In this document: in pieces, positions 1-29,729 of the stretch | Layout: every line of letters begins with the position of its first letter | Numbering within the stretch: the stretch's first letter is position 1 | NCBI GenBank assembly: GCA_051362555.1 | Contig: CM120641.1 | Coordinates: forward strand, 15,748,001-15,812,000 | Source of the DNA: Lingula anatina | Taxonomy: Eukaryota > Animalia > Brachiopoda | Reading direction: 5' to 3' | DNA length: 64,000 bases | The notes under the pieces: model-generated | Told to the model about the DNA's origin: nothing | The model's input: the letters and a program-made list of their open reading frames with translations, nothing else | Database searches by the model: none | Program-made: the position numbers and the translations under genes

Positions 1-166
1 TCCTTTGTAGCAAGTTATCTAGATTCAGTGCAAAAGTGCACACAAATAAATTGGAGACTCATCCATCATCAACTTCTAAAATATGGGGAATTTACATTTT
101 CTGACAATTTCAAGTATTGTACTCAATAAAAATAAAAAGTAAATAATAACAAGGGGCCATATTTAC

Positions 167-3100
167 CGATTAGCGGGACAACCTCTGACTGCGGCGGCAT
201 GATTTCAGCAATCAACAACATGAAGACGGTCAGAGCAAGTAGAACTGTTATGACCAGAGACACTTTTTCTCCAGACTCTGGAGGCAGGTAGAACGCAACA
301 AGGGCAATAGAAACGATTAGAATACAAGGTAGAACGATGTTGAAAATATAATATAGTGAACGCCTCTTGATGATCACGTAGAATGTGACGTCAGGATAGG
401 GCTCGGGACAGCATCCGTAATATATTTCATGGCGTCGTACTGGAATATCCACCAATTCCCACTCCCCATTGTCAATGAAACTAGACATGTCTCCAGACAC
501 CGATCTATTGGTGACATCCAGTTGGAAGCCATGATAACCCCATGAACCAAATTTGAAGGGGCAATTTTGTTGGTCGTATGGAAAGTAAGTGACATCCAGT
601 TTACAGTAACTCTTCAGGATGACTGGGAACAGCCAAAAGACCGTGCCATCTGGATAGATAACGGCCGAATAACGATCCAAGGGCCGCTCCTCCTCTCGAA
701 CGCTACCAGTAAAAGAGGACAATTTGGAATTTAATATGAACATCAAGGCTCATTTAATATGATTAAATTTTGAAAGTACCGTATTTACTTTTTTAAAATA
801 TCCTAATAGGTTTATAAGTGCAAATGCATGCAATACATTTTGTTTTAAAAATGCAACCTTCCAACGGAAGCATACTTACTCGTTGTATAACGTTAAATCC
901 GGTTTCCATATTTCCGATGTCGGCATACGTATCTCTTTCAAGCCTTGGTATTCACTTTCGTTCCAGTGGAAAAACTCGTCTTTCCATGACTAAAAATACC
1001 CAAAAATATCTAGATGACTATCAGAGACAAAGATGGTGTTTTATGTGTCAAAATACAGAAAAATCGAAGGCACAAAATATTCTGTTTAAGGGGATATGAT
1101 TAAAAAGATATTTATTGTTATAAATATAATCAATTTACAATAACGTCCTGCAATGTATAGAAAGTAGAGACAGAAGGGAGCAGATAAAACTTCCTTTAAA
1201 ATAAATATACTGTTATCATATGTTTAGCCTTCCGTGCTTTTACATAATGCAGATTGGTGTACTGATCATCAGATGTGATTTTGACATTAAAGTTTATATC
1301 AGTTTGAAACGCTAATAATATATATAGCGTATTGAATCTGTCTACATTCTAAGCAAGAAATTCTTCTTACCAGTCTTAGCCAAATACTACTGAGCATAAC
1401 TTGATTCTTCTCGTCCTGTAGCAAATGATATAATGATGAAGTGAAGGAAATAATAGATATACACTCTTGCCAAAAGTGATGGACTATTTTGCAAATTAGT
1501 GCTAAAATCTTTTATCTGTGATAATCGTCACAAAATGCACTTTATAGCTGGCTGAAAAAAATTGACCAATTAACAATTTGTGTTGGGAAAATTGACTTGC
1601 AATTGCAAAAACTGGTAACTAACTGGGCCATAAGTGTGCTCGTGGCCTGCCTGCCATTTTGCTGAGATCTGTGATACTGGGAAGACATCTATATAACCCA
1701 CTATTTTGCATTACTGAAAGATATTTGTCCCCTTTCGTACATTGAAAGTTGTTTATTCGGCGATACAACCGGCTATATAAAAGACCGTATGACAATTATA
1801 ACAGTGAACATCGGAAAAGTGATAAAATCATTAATTTCCGTAATATTCCATCATTTGAGCAAGAGTGTACATTCCAGCAATCGTTATAACACAGAAAAAG
1901 GTGTTGCTTGGCATCTCACTATGTTCTCATTAGGTTTTTACTTTTTTGCAACAGCCTCATTCAGGTTGTGGTAATATACGTGCCATAAATCTTAAAATGA
2001 CATCTCCGCCAAACACGTAGCGAATAAACATTTAAGGCGAATACAACACATGAATTTTGTATTTCTTGGAAACTGTTTACTAATTTGTGAGCAGTTGACA
2101 TAAACATACGGAATGTCAATGCTTTGTACTTATTTAGAGAATTTCGTTCACCAAAGCTTAATAGTATAGGTTTGTATCTTGTGAAGGCCAAAAGGTTTTA
2201 GCAATACCTTTTATTTTGGTTACAATTTATTTTGGACAGAAGAAATCACTCACAAGATCAATAATCTGGTTCAGAGCAATCCCCACTTTCAGAAGGACGG
2301 GCTGAGAAAGATTTGCGACCGGCCGAGAAGTGACGCTGTAATTCTTCAGCATGTCTATTTTAAGTCTGGTTTCAGCTGTCAGCTCATCACATAATGTTGA
2401 TCCTAAATGTAAACAAATGTTAACATTATCATGGTTATCATTATCAAATCACAAAACCCATGAAATACTTCTAAAAAGTTGTTTTTCAAATGCACTAAGA
2501 CGACCTGGCAAAAGAAGAAAAAAACTAAACAAAAATGTTTCAGCCCCTCCCCTGACATCTGATTTACATTAACATGTAATTCTAAATACGCGTGTAATTA
2601 ATTTTAGATATGTTATGCCTATTTTAAACAGGTGAATATCATCAATTAAATTATTGGCGAAAAACCCTACTTAGTAATATAAAATGAAGGATAAGAGCAC
2701 TGGACAAAACGAAGCAATTAATAACTACTCTTGAGGCTCTGTATTTTTACGATAATGGTTAATGCATCATGGCCCTTAATATATTTTCTGCTTGAGCTGA
2801 AGTATTCATGGTTCATGTTTACCAGCGAATCCATTAGTATTTATCATATATTATTATACCAATTACGATATTACCAGTAAAAGCTATCTTTTGAGGGCAG
2901 GGAATTGGGCGATACTCGCAGAGAGACCAAGTCAGGGTACAAATAACACATGTAAAGTACAGAACATATGGAGTATAATCAATAAAAGTGATATTTATTT
3001 TACTGACATTTTTTCATCTTAAACGAAGTATTTCATTCGTCGCTTATAAAAGGATGATTTCTGTCATTTCTGCCATAATGAAATTTGCTTCAATGAAAAT

Positions 3101-3339
3101 GTGAAAATTGTACATAATATATAGGGGTACGTTTATGTCCAGGTGCTTAATTACCATGATGCACCAAAATAGACCACTTTCAGGGCCGGATTTAAGTCTC
3201 TTGGTGCCTTAAACACCGTGCAGTGCCATGGTGCCCCCATAGTGGAACATGTAACTTGGGCCAAGCCTGTTCTGCGCATTAAAAACACCCATTGCTACGT
3301 GTATATACTTCTAATATATTCTTTGATTGACATGGTTAC

Positions 3340-3383
<44 letters not shown>

Positions 3384-6300
3384 CGCTAATAACATGATTC
3401 TATTCCATCATTTCCATGGCACCTCTCTCTCAACAATAAGTCATTAGTCACAAGAAAGCAAAAAAAGTTATTGCATATAAGAAACATTTTTGAACAAAAC
3501 TACCAAGAAAAGACAATGCGACTCTACTAGCAGTGGTTCATACAGCCACTACAATGCTGTCATGCATCATCCATTACTGTTAGCCTACATTGCAAGAAAG
3601 TTGAACTCCAGTGATCAGAAAGAAACTATCTAGTACTATACCATGAATGTCCATGAGTAATCAGGAAGAAACACTAATTAAAGTTTATTAGAGTGATTGA
3701 TCATTCCATTAACAGCGCCTCAGACCAGGCTTTAAAGATGTCTTTAATCAGAAACAGTTCTCTTTCTAAATTAATAAGATACAGGGTCCTTTATGATATC
3801 CTACAAATATAGCTGTCTCACAAAATCAAATTCAATACACACTAATTATGCCAACGAGTTAAGTCTTCTCTGGGCCATGGCTATTCAGTAAGGGCCGTTG
3901 ATCCCCATGAGATGTGAAAAGGAACGTTTCAACAGAACAGTTGATGTTCATCACTGAGTAGATTATTCTCAATGCTATTGCAGTGTTTGGAGACATAGCC
4001 TGAATTTGGTCTTTGAAGATGATCTCTTTCAATTTATTTCATGATAAATCAATGCTGCAACACGAAGACTCACCAAATATATTGAAAGGATTCAGACAGA
4101 TTTGATTTGAAAGAAGCTTTTTCGGTCCGTTTCACATACATGACTACACCAGCATTCATTCTAATCAGTGATAATGCATAATTTCATCGCAATTCCCAAT
4201 GCTTCAAACAGACAATATCAAACTGACAGTATCTCATAATATGACAGATAATATGAATGATTTCATTTAATAATCCATTCCTTTTTCCTAAGCATGCTTA
4301 AAAACTGCCTATCGGTAGTTTTTGTGTCGCTTGCGTATTATGTGCAGTATTACTTTACTTTATATTTCCAAATTACGACTTGTAATTGTTTACTTCATTA
4401 CCATTAGCTCAGCCGGCTAATGATGGCATTTTGCAGGGATCATAAATAAACCAACCAATTAATGGAACAGTCAAAGGCGTCGGTTTTATTTTAGTAGTGG
4501 GGTAAATGCAAGGGCGTGAGGGTCCAAGTGGTAAGGCATTTAAAATTAAAAATTGTGGCATGAGCACTGGGAGGCAACAGTTTTGAGGTGGCCTAAGATG
4601 CATTCTGAACATTTGAATTGTGATACTTAATAATGGTCCTGAACATTATCAAGTCTCAGAGACACTATAGCTACTGGTTGAGCAAGGGTATCAAGGAATG
4701 GGTTGGGGAAGGGGCGGGTGAGGTGCAAATGCCACGGTACTCCACCTCACTCAACCCACCCCTTCTATGTCCGTCTGCTGGATATTAACAGGTAGATTTA
4801 TTGAGAATGGGGTAAACTGTTTGAAAAGAAAATTATAATTTTCATTGCAAAACATTAACATGGTATGCTTTAGCAAATGTTTTTAAAGCTACAAGCACAC
4901 CATGTACCCGAATAGACATTAAAAATGTCAGACACGCATTCATTCTACTCACTTTCAGTAAAGATTGATCAAAAAAGGTTTTCAGCAAGGTAAAAATTTC
5001 CTCACAAATCCTCACCAGTCTTGATATTAAAAAGTTCAATCTTTCATGTTTTCTTCTTGACGAACATGATCAGATAAACACCACGCTGTCATCGGATCGG
5101 ATACACAGTAATGTGGTTTTGTGAAATGCAGGTGAGGATGGGCATAAATAACTGCCGGTCTTTATATAGATACCTTCAGGCTAACCACAAACAACACGTA
5201 CCTAGTGAAAATTAAGTGGAATTTCAAATAATCATATGAAAACCTCGCAAACCCAACGTTTTGTATAAATCAGTTGTGTTCAAAAGCGATTAATCGAAAT
5301 ATTTTTAGAAATGGGCATTTATGAACACGAAATTAAGGCTTCATACCAGCTGGGTATCAAATAAATGAATAATACACAAAGAGCTCGTATCCCTATTGTC
5401 TCATGTAGACGTTAAAATCCCCAAGTCGCGACGGTTCTATTAAGCTGTACTTACTAAGCACGAAGTCATATTTATACAACCAAAAGATAAATTCTACTCT
5501 TGAGTACATTCTACTCTGAACCCTTTCATTCTCACTTATGTGATACTTCACGACTCTTATGGTTCTGTAACTGTTTTCTTTACTAGTTACTAATAGCATG
5601 CTTTAATGTCCCTTGGCAATGCAAGAAAGCTATAGATATTCAATGATATTTAAGTTAACCAGTAATGGACTGACTTATAATGATAAAACACGAAGTTGGC
5701 GGTAACAAATTTATTCTATTGTGTTCAAGTCACCCACGCCTGACCCACCTTTAAAATATAACGTTTTTCGGACTGTAGACAAAGATGGGCAAAGATAAAC
5801 ACGAGTTAGATACGAGTCATGTGAGGTTTAATCAAGTTATTGACTATCACGATGGTAATAATATATAAAGCTCCTTCAAAAGCAGTATATTAAGGGGGTG
5901 GATTTACGGGAATACAACTTCAGTTATTAGGCCCTATTTTCATAGGAGGAAAGGGGAGCCCAAGACTATCTTACTAAAATATACACAGAAACTCGCAGCA
6001 CCCTTGGTGACATGTAAGCACTAGCATTCATTTCCTTCTCTTGTGTGAGGGAAGAGAGAATAACATAAAAGACGATGTGGTCTACAGCTTGATTACATGA
6101 TATCATTGTTAGCTCACTGGGCATAAATATAAATATACGCTGGTACAGTGAATATTAACAGTGAACATGAATAGTGAAAATAAACTTAACACAAATATTG
6201 TATACAACAAAGAGTGGGTATGACCGTTGAATAGTTTTCTATACATGCTTGTAGGTATGTGTAACTACAAAGCTGAAGTATTCGGATATAAAACGTCAAC

Positions 6301-6462
6301 TTGCCGGTGTCTCGATCCCAACAGTAACTCATTAGTGTGTATCGCACTGAAGGAGTGGATGGTCATTATTACTAACAACTAACTTTCTTCTGTGAAATCG
6401 AATCAATACTCACCTATAAGTAAGAATGAATTATATATGAAGATTAATATCCTCCAGTTCAT
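167..6462 (-). CDS. Nicotinic acetylcholine receptor alpha subunit (alpha9/10-like, predicted cation-selective); 5' part only, gene continues left of the window
   Basis: Exons 6462-6414 (MNWRILIFIYNSFLLIG, signal peptide), 2402-2254 (..RPVANLSQPV..IALNQIIDL), 1415-1371 (45 nt, DEKNQVMLSSIWLRL), 989-880 (110 nt, WKDEFFHWNE..IWKPDLTLYN), 702-167. All introns are GT-AG with matching phases. Cys-loop CKLDVTYFPYDQQNC, loop C YYGCCPEPY (vicinal Cys marks an alpha subunit), GEK before M2, M1-M2 and VPLIG are present. The subfamily call is from recalled motif similarity only. Confidence 0.95.
3341..3382. repeat. (TAA)n microsatellite
   Basis: Direct reading. Confidence 0.9.
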
Positions 6463-9214
6463 TTTTTTAACGAGATTTGTCTGACAATCCTCAAAAACGT
6501 CAATCCCTGTCTCACTCGGTTATGTTTTATTTACGGTGAAACTAGTATCATGAACTGCGTGGTAGTAGGTGGATACCTTCCTAGGGCAAAGCCGTTTGTG
6601 TCCACTTCCGTTGTGACAATCGATTTCTCCTTGAACAGGTACTAGTTGGTATGTTGCTCAACTTCTCGCGACCGTGCTTACGTCTTCATACAATACTTAA
6701 CATGTGCGTAAGCCTGCAGTTCTATCGTGAGTTTGACCAGCACGTCCTCGCGTTCTCCCTATCACCCGAGCGGCCTGACAAACGGCTACACTGAACCTGT
6801 CACACGATTGGGAACACTCAATACATAAAGTTATTACTTCGTGCGGTTTGGTTGACAGCGACGTTAATCTTGGAGCAACTGCGGTTTCCGTGCGACACAC
6901 AGTCGACCGAGCATTATTGCGGTTTATATTATTTTGAAAAACATTGAAATAAGAAACCTGTCAACCAGAAGCTAAATGTGGTACTGCCTGTTGATCAGTG
7001 CTGTCGTTGTGATGGCGCTGTTCGGACTGGACAGCCATGCACAAAAGCATAAGGGACGGAATTTTATGTAAAGATAGATCGACCAAGTGATTGATTACCA
7101 TTGGAGGCTGTGACTTAAATAGGCATTGTTTACACGATAACTGCATTAAAGGTATCCTATCCGGAATTTCCACACCAAGTCGAGTTTTCCTCGAAAAAAA
7201 CAAAAAGCAAATTTCTGCTAACCACCAATTCATTCCTTGACCCGTTCCAGCAGTTTGTATTTATATTAATTTCTAATTAAATAATAGATCTCTACATAGC
7301 TCTCTAGTCACTTAGATCCCCGTGTCATCCTGTACATTTCAAAAGGAAATATCGACAGCAGGTTCTTTTATATGAGGGGTTTTATATCATTTCAAACGCC
7401 TGAGTTAGGACAAATAAGTAGCTTTGTAGAAAAGGCCTGTGTATACATAAAAAATTGACTTTTAGATACTTTCAATCGCGAATAGTACACTCTAAAAGCA
7501 TAAGAACCGTAAATATTCAGAATTACGCAAGAAGGATCAAATTTTCCAAAGATGGGGATGTATTTAAAACGAAAACGAACAAAAATCAAACATTGCTCTG
7601 GAAAATATTTTTCCTTTCTGTTTATCCATAGTCATTAACAGAAAAAATGGAAACGATAAAGTTAAAGATGCGCATTTAGGGAAAAGTATCGAAAACGTGT
7701 ATGGTGTAATACAGTAATTTAAAAAGTATGATACAGCAATTCGCCCCCTTCGTCTTTAAGTGATTTTCCTATCATTAGCTAATTGCCAAATATAGGACAA
7801 CTTTGTATATGATACATACATACATATAGCCCCTAGTTACTGGTGAAAGTTGTCATAGGAACCGTTAATCTAGCGTGCATTTATATGACTGTGTACCGCC
7901 ACACACCCAAAAAATTGATTTACTTAAACGAATCGAACAATAATCTCACAGATTATCATGTAAGTCTGGCAAACCAAAATAAATTTAATGCTACACATTG
8001 TAGACCTATTTGACACCAGGGAATTGCCGTTTTATTGGACCGTAGCAATTAGAAGTCCTAGTGATATGACAGATCTAGTTCGGCCATAATCAAGACAAGA
8101 TCCATGATTTACAGCGAAACGTGAAGTAAAAAATGTGGCAAATGAAGGCAACATTATCGCATTCCGCCCACGCTTCACATGTACCTTGGCCGAAGTGGAA
8201 GTAATTGACATAATATAATATTTCATCTAGGGAAGATTTTTAATCTAAAAAGCGATACGGCCCAAGACTGCTGCATTTTATTTATAAGAGTCCATGCAGT
8301 TTATGAAAGTAGAGATTAATAAAGGAAAGGGGAAGAAATTAATAAAAAATACCCTAATATTAATTAGCTTATGTTTTACGGGCTGTTGGGGCTAGTATTT
8401 CAATGATAATTTTTATCATAGTTTTTGCATATTTTCATGTAAAATAAACAAGAGATTTTGTTTTGATCACAAGTATGTGCATTTTTATATTAAATAATAA
8501 CTGTAAAAACTAATTTAAAAAAGTTGAATGCATAGGTACATATGCGGCATTTCAAAGTTGAAATATCCAAGATAGTTGGCAAAATGCAAAGTTATTTAAT
8601 ACATCTGAAACACTAAACTGAGGGTCAAGTAGGCCTTACCTGTGCTACTCAGAAAAGTCCGTTCTGATTCAAACATGATTTAGTATAGTATACAGTAGAA
8701 ACCTTATTAGGGTCTAGTTTATTGTATTCTATGGCGTACATGTTGAAATTTTGTTTTTTAAAAAACTGATAAAATCTTTAAAAATTAATTAACATATTTG
8801 GATCGGTTTTTTTAAAATTGTGGACTTGTATGTTATGCCAAATTCGTTCTCTTTGGTTTTTAGGGTCTTTAATTAGTCGATCAAAGTGGGTCTAACGGCA
8901 TTAAATAGCCCACAGTACGTACCACTAGTCTAGGATTCAACATAACCAAGGAGTTCCAACAAAAAGTCCTTGACATAATGTCATGTTAAATCCTTTTTGT
9001 CTACTACCCGGTACATAAACCGTAGGTTCGGTCCCATTTCTCTAGTTGGGTTTAAGGGTGTGAAAAAGTCTACTGCTCAGAAAAAGTACCCTCCCCCACC
9101 TCCACCCCTTTTGACGCTGTCATAATACAGGCCTGGAAATGTGCCTTTTATCTGATTTGGCCTGAATAAACGAGGGATTTATCGGCACTGGTGCATGTGG
9201 ATTTTGCGAACTTG

Positions 9215-9245
9215 AAGCACGTGCTGCTGTTACTATAAATAGTTA
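9215..9245 (+). promoter_or_regulatory. Putative ABCC-A core promoter (E-box palindrome AGCACGTGCT followed by TATAAAT)
   Basis: Motifs are seen about 590 bp upstream of the ATG in a locally CpG-rich region; the transcription start is not verified. Confidence 0.4.
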
Positions 9246-9823
9246 ACAAAAATAGGTCAACGCGCAGGTGCCTGTGAGAACACAACATCCGGCGAAGAGG
9301 CCAGCTGGGGTTCAGCAACATTTCTTTCTTGAATGGACAGTGTAATTAATCTGTACTGTGATAATACATGTTATTATACAATAATCTAGATTGCACTGAT
9401 ACTGAAACTGCACGATTTTACTTGTTCCAGAAAACTTTTGAGGAAGAAAAAGCCAGCCCCCTGCCAGATGACCTGCCGGCCCCGTTGAGGCATAACAAAA
9501 CTGGGACGTCTTCTTGTTCACGCCGTTATCGTTAATCAATAATGACAATATGACTTTGAACCTTTGCTATCAAGTAGGAGTACCGGTTCTACAGTCCGGT
9601 CACATAACTCATTGGGATGAAGTTATTCTCTTTGGTCTGGCCGTCTTCATGTTGATATGTTACATACACTTTTCCGTTGCCTTGTTCGCATACATTCGAG
9701 AAGAGTTTGAGTTTGGTTGAGAGGGGGGCTAAAGCGTTTGAGTGTGTATGTTCTACCCTGGTTTTTCACCTGAGCTTTATTGATATAAGCGTGAGCCACT
9801 GGCACAGCACTGTGTCTGGGACC

Positions 9824-27037
<17,214 letters not shown>

Positions 27038-27947
27038 GTGGAAGACAGCTTTTATGTTGAGATTGAGCCACTCACAGAACAAATTAACTGATATGAGCTT
27101 TGCTCACTTTTCTGAACTTTATGATCCATTTTCTTCATAAAGATAAAACATTGTTGTAGGAAACATGTTCAATCAGGTTCATTTGAATCCTTTGAGTATA
27201 TAATCTAGTTGTATTTCTGAAGTAATGTTCTCAGTTTAAATTGGAAAGTTAATCTTTCATGTTTGAAATGTTTTTATTTTATGCCCATTAATAATGTGCA
27301 ATGCTAATTTTTTCAAGGATATATTGTGAATATTCGATGATTGAGTAAAAGCAATCCCTTTCAGTTCCTTCATGTACAGGACAAGTTTAATCAAGATATG
27401 TCTTTATCTATCAGTATTGTGTCTTATAATTGTGATGTGCTTATTGCAGCAACTCCTTTTTTAACTCCAATTATTCTTATTTGATGTATCATACATGAGT
27501 CATTTGATGTAAATGGGTTCAGCATGTTTTTATTGACTGTTATTTGATTTGATATACTTTTTAAAAACCATTAAATGCTAATTTATGTATGTTTTTAAAT
27601 CACGTTGATAGTTAAAATTGTTATGTTTGTTTATTATTATTATTATTTAATAGTACATGCCACAGTATTTCAAATCATGTTAAGAAAGTTCTAAAAGCCT
27701 TTATTATGGTCCATACAGAAAAAATACCCCTCAGAAACAGTATTGTGTGCTAAGCCTTTAAGTTTCAATCTTTGATTACAATTGTAAGTGTCAAGGTTCT
27801 AAATTTCCCCATTGTCAGTTATGGGATGAAGGATTTCTACATTTATCAACAACGAATATATGTCAAAGTGCAATTAATATATATTAGATATTTTCTGAAT
27901 TAAAGATGAAACATTTGATCAAAACTGGCATTTTGTTACTGAAGTTA

Positions 27948-29667
27948 TCACAGAAGCATTCCGCGCACCCTATTCAAGAGAGCCTCAGTTCCAACAAGAC
28001 CTTGACCTTGCATATATTTCTCCTGGCACATCAATGGTACTGTCTGATGCGTCATGGCCAGAGTAAAACAAGAACTGGCAAAGTACTTCCTCATGTCAGT
28101 GTCCATACATTTTTCCAAGAAACGTCTCAGTTCAAAAATGTGGCTGTATGGGGCATCCCATGTAATGAATGCGTCATCTATAAGATAGAATAGACTTGCT
28201 GGTCGAGGGAGGGTCAAGTGCTTTGGAATCGTCGCCATATCTTCCTCTGAAATATGTAGGGTTATAGAAGTTTTAAACTTTTAAATCATTATTTTGTTTA
28301 TCTTATTTGGTTTTTTTAATTTTCAAAATTGGGATATGATAGGATAGTTTATAAAAGTTACAAAATTTTTCATGAAAGAATGATTACAGACAATCCCCAA
28401 TCGTTAACTTAAACTGTAGGCCCTACGACATTGCATGATTGTTTTGTCAGAATGGATGACTAGTCTATGTGCTCGTAATTGTTTTTTACATTAACTTTTC
28501 ATCTCCATATATTATGACACCTACCGCTAGGCAACTTCTCATATAAATAAAGTGCAGGGTGCAACAAGTTTGACAAGTGAGCAGTGGCTGGATCTCCTAA
28601 TGCTCTATCTGTTCTGAACACGTCGGCAGCTGGCCCGGAGAAGTTTGCTCCATACTCAAGAACCACCACAAGAAGACGGTCAGCGGTCTTGCCGGTCACT
28701 TCGGTTAGTTTATGCAGAGATTTGATTGGGTATTCTTCCAAGTATTCAAATTCTTTGCCACCACTAAAATGAAAAAAGTTTTCCGGGTATTCATGGTTTA
28801 TTTTGCAGGATAATATTTTCCAAGCATCGACAGCAGAGATGTAGGCCCTAAACCTACCTTTCCTACCAATTTTATTGGTGCAATTACCTTATAAACATTT
28901 TTTTTCAAAATGCTACGATTAACAAGTAGGTTAGTAGTCTATCAATTTACCAAATCTATATTCTCTAGAACTAAAAGTTAACAATTCCAGAAGCAAATCA
29001 ATTGAAAAGTACTTACTTCTTAAGTAAAATAACGTCTCCAAGAACTTGAAACATTTGGTATATTCCAGAGGCTTCATTAATCCTCTTCAGTATCCTATCC
29101 AAAAGTTCTGTGATGGGTGCTTTTATAGACGGCCACTCAACACCATGGTTGCGGTGCTCTAGATAGTGGTACAGCGTTCTGGCTGGAAACAATGAATATT
29201 TAAAATATAGAAAAATATTACCCCACAGCCCATGTTGGTTAGTTTTTACCGTAAGTGTTTAAATTTATTAGGCCCTAAAAGTTAATCTGCCTCACCTGTG
29301 TATCTGAATCCATGTATAAAGCCTCCAGCTGACTTCCTGAAGTCCACAGAGTGCGCGTTGGTGCCGGCAAAAAACAGACCAGGGATGTTCGTGGACTCGT
29401 ATGTGCTATCTGTGTTTGGATACTTCTTCTTACGCCCTCTTCCCATTTCTGGGATGGTCGAACTTAAAAAAAGTTTTACAATCTTTTCACAAGAGTGCAC
29501 ATATATACTGTACAAGAGTGTTTGCCATCTGCTCCATTATAATTTTATCTCATCAACTGATGCATCAATATAGCTACTTATGTTTTTACATTTAAAGGGC
29601 TAGTATTGACTCAAAATTGTAGTTGGCATGATACTGGACAATGTTATGTTTTGAACTCGGTGAGTTG

Positions 29668-29729
<62 letters not shown>

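Noticed and set aside
6990-7040. REST/NRSE-like motif upstream of the nAChR gene
   Set aside because: Only a partial half-site (GGCGCTGT) matches; the second half does not.
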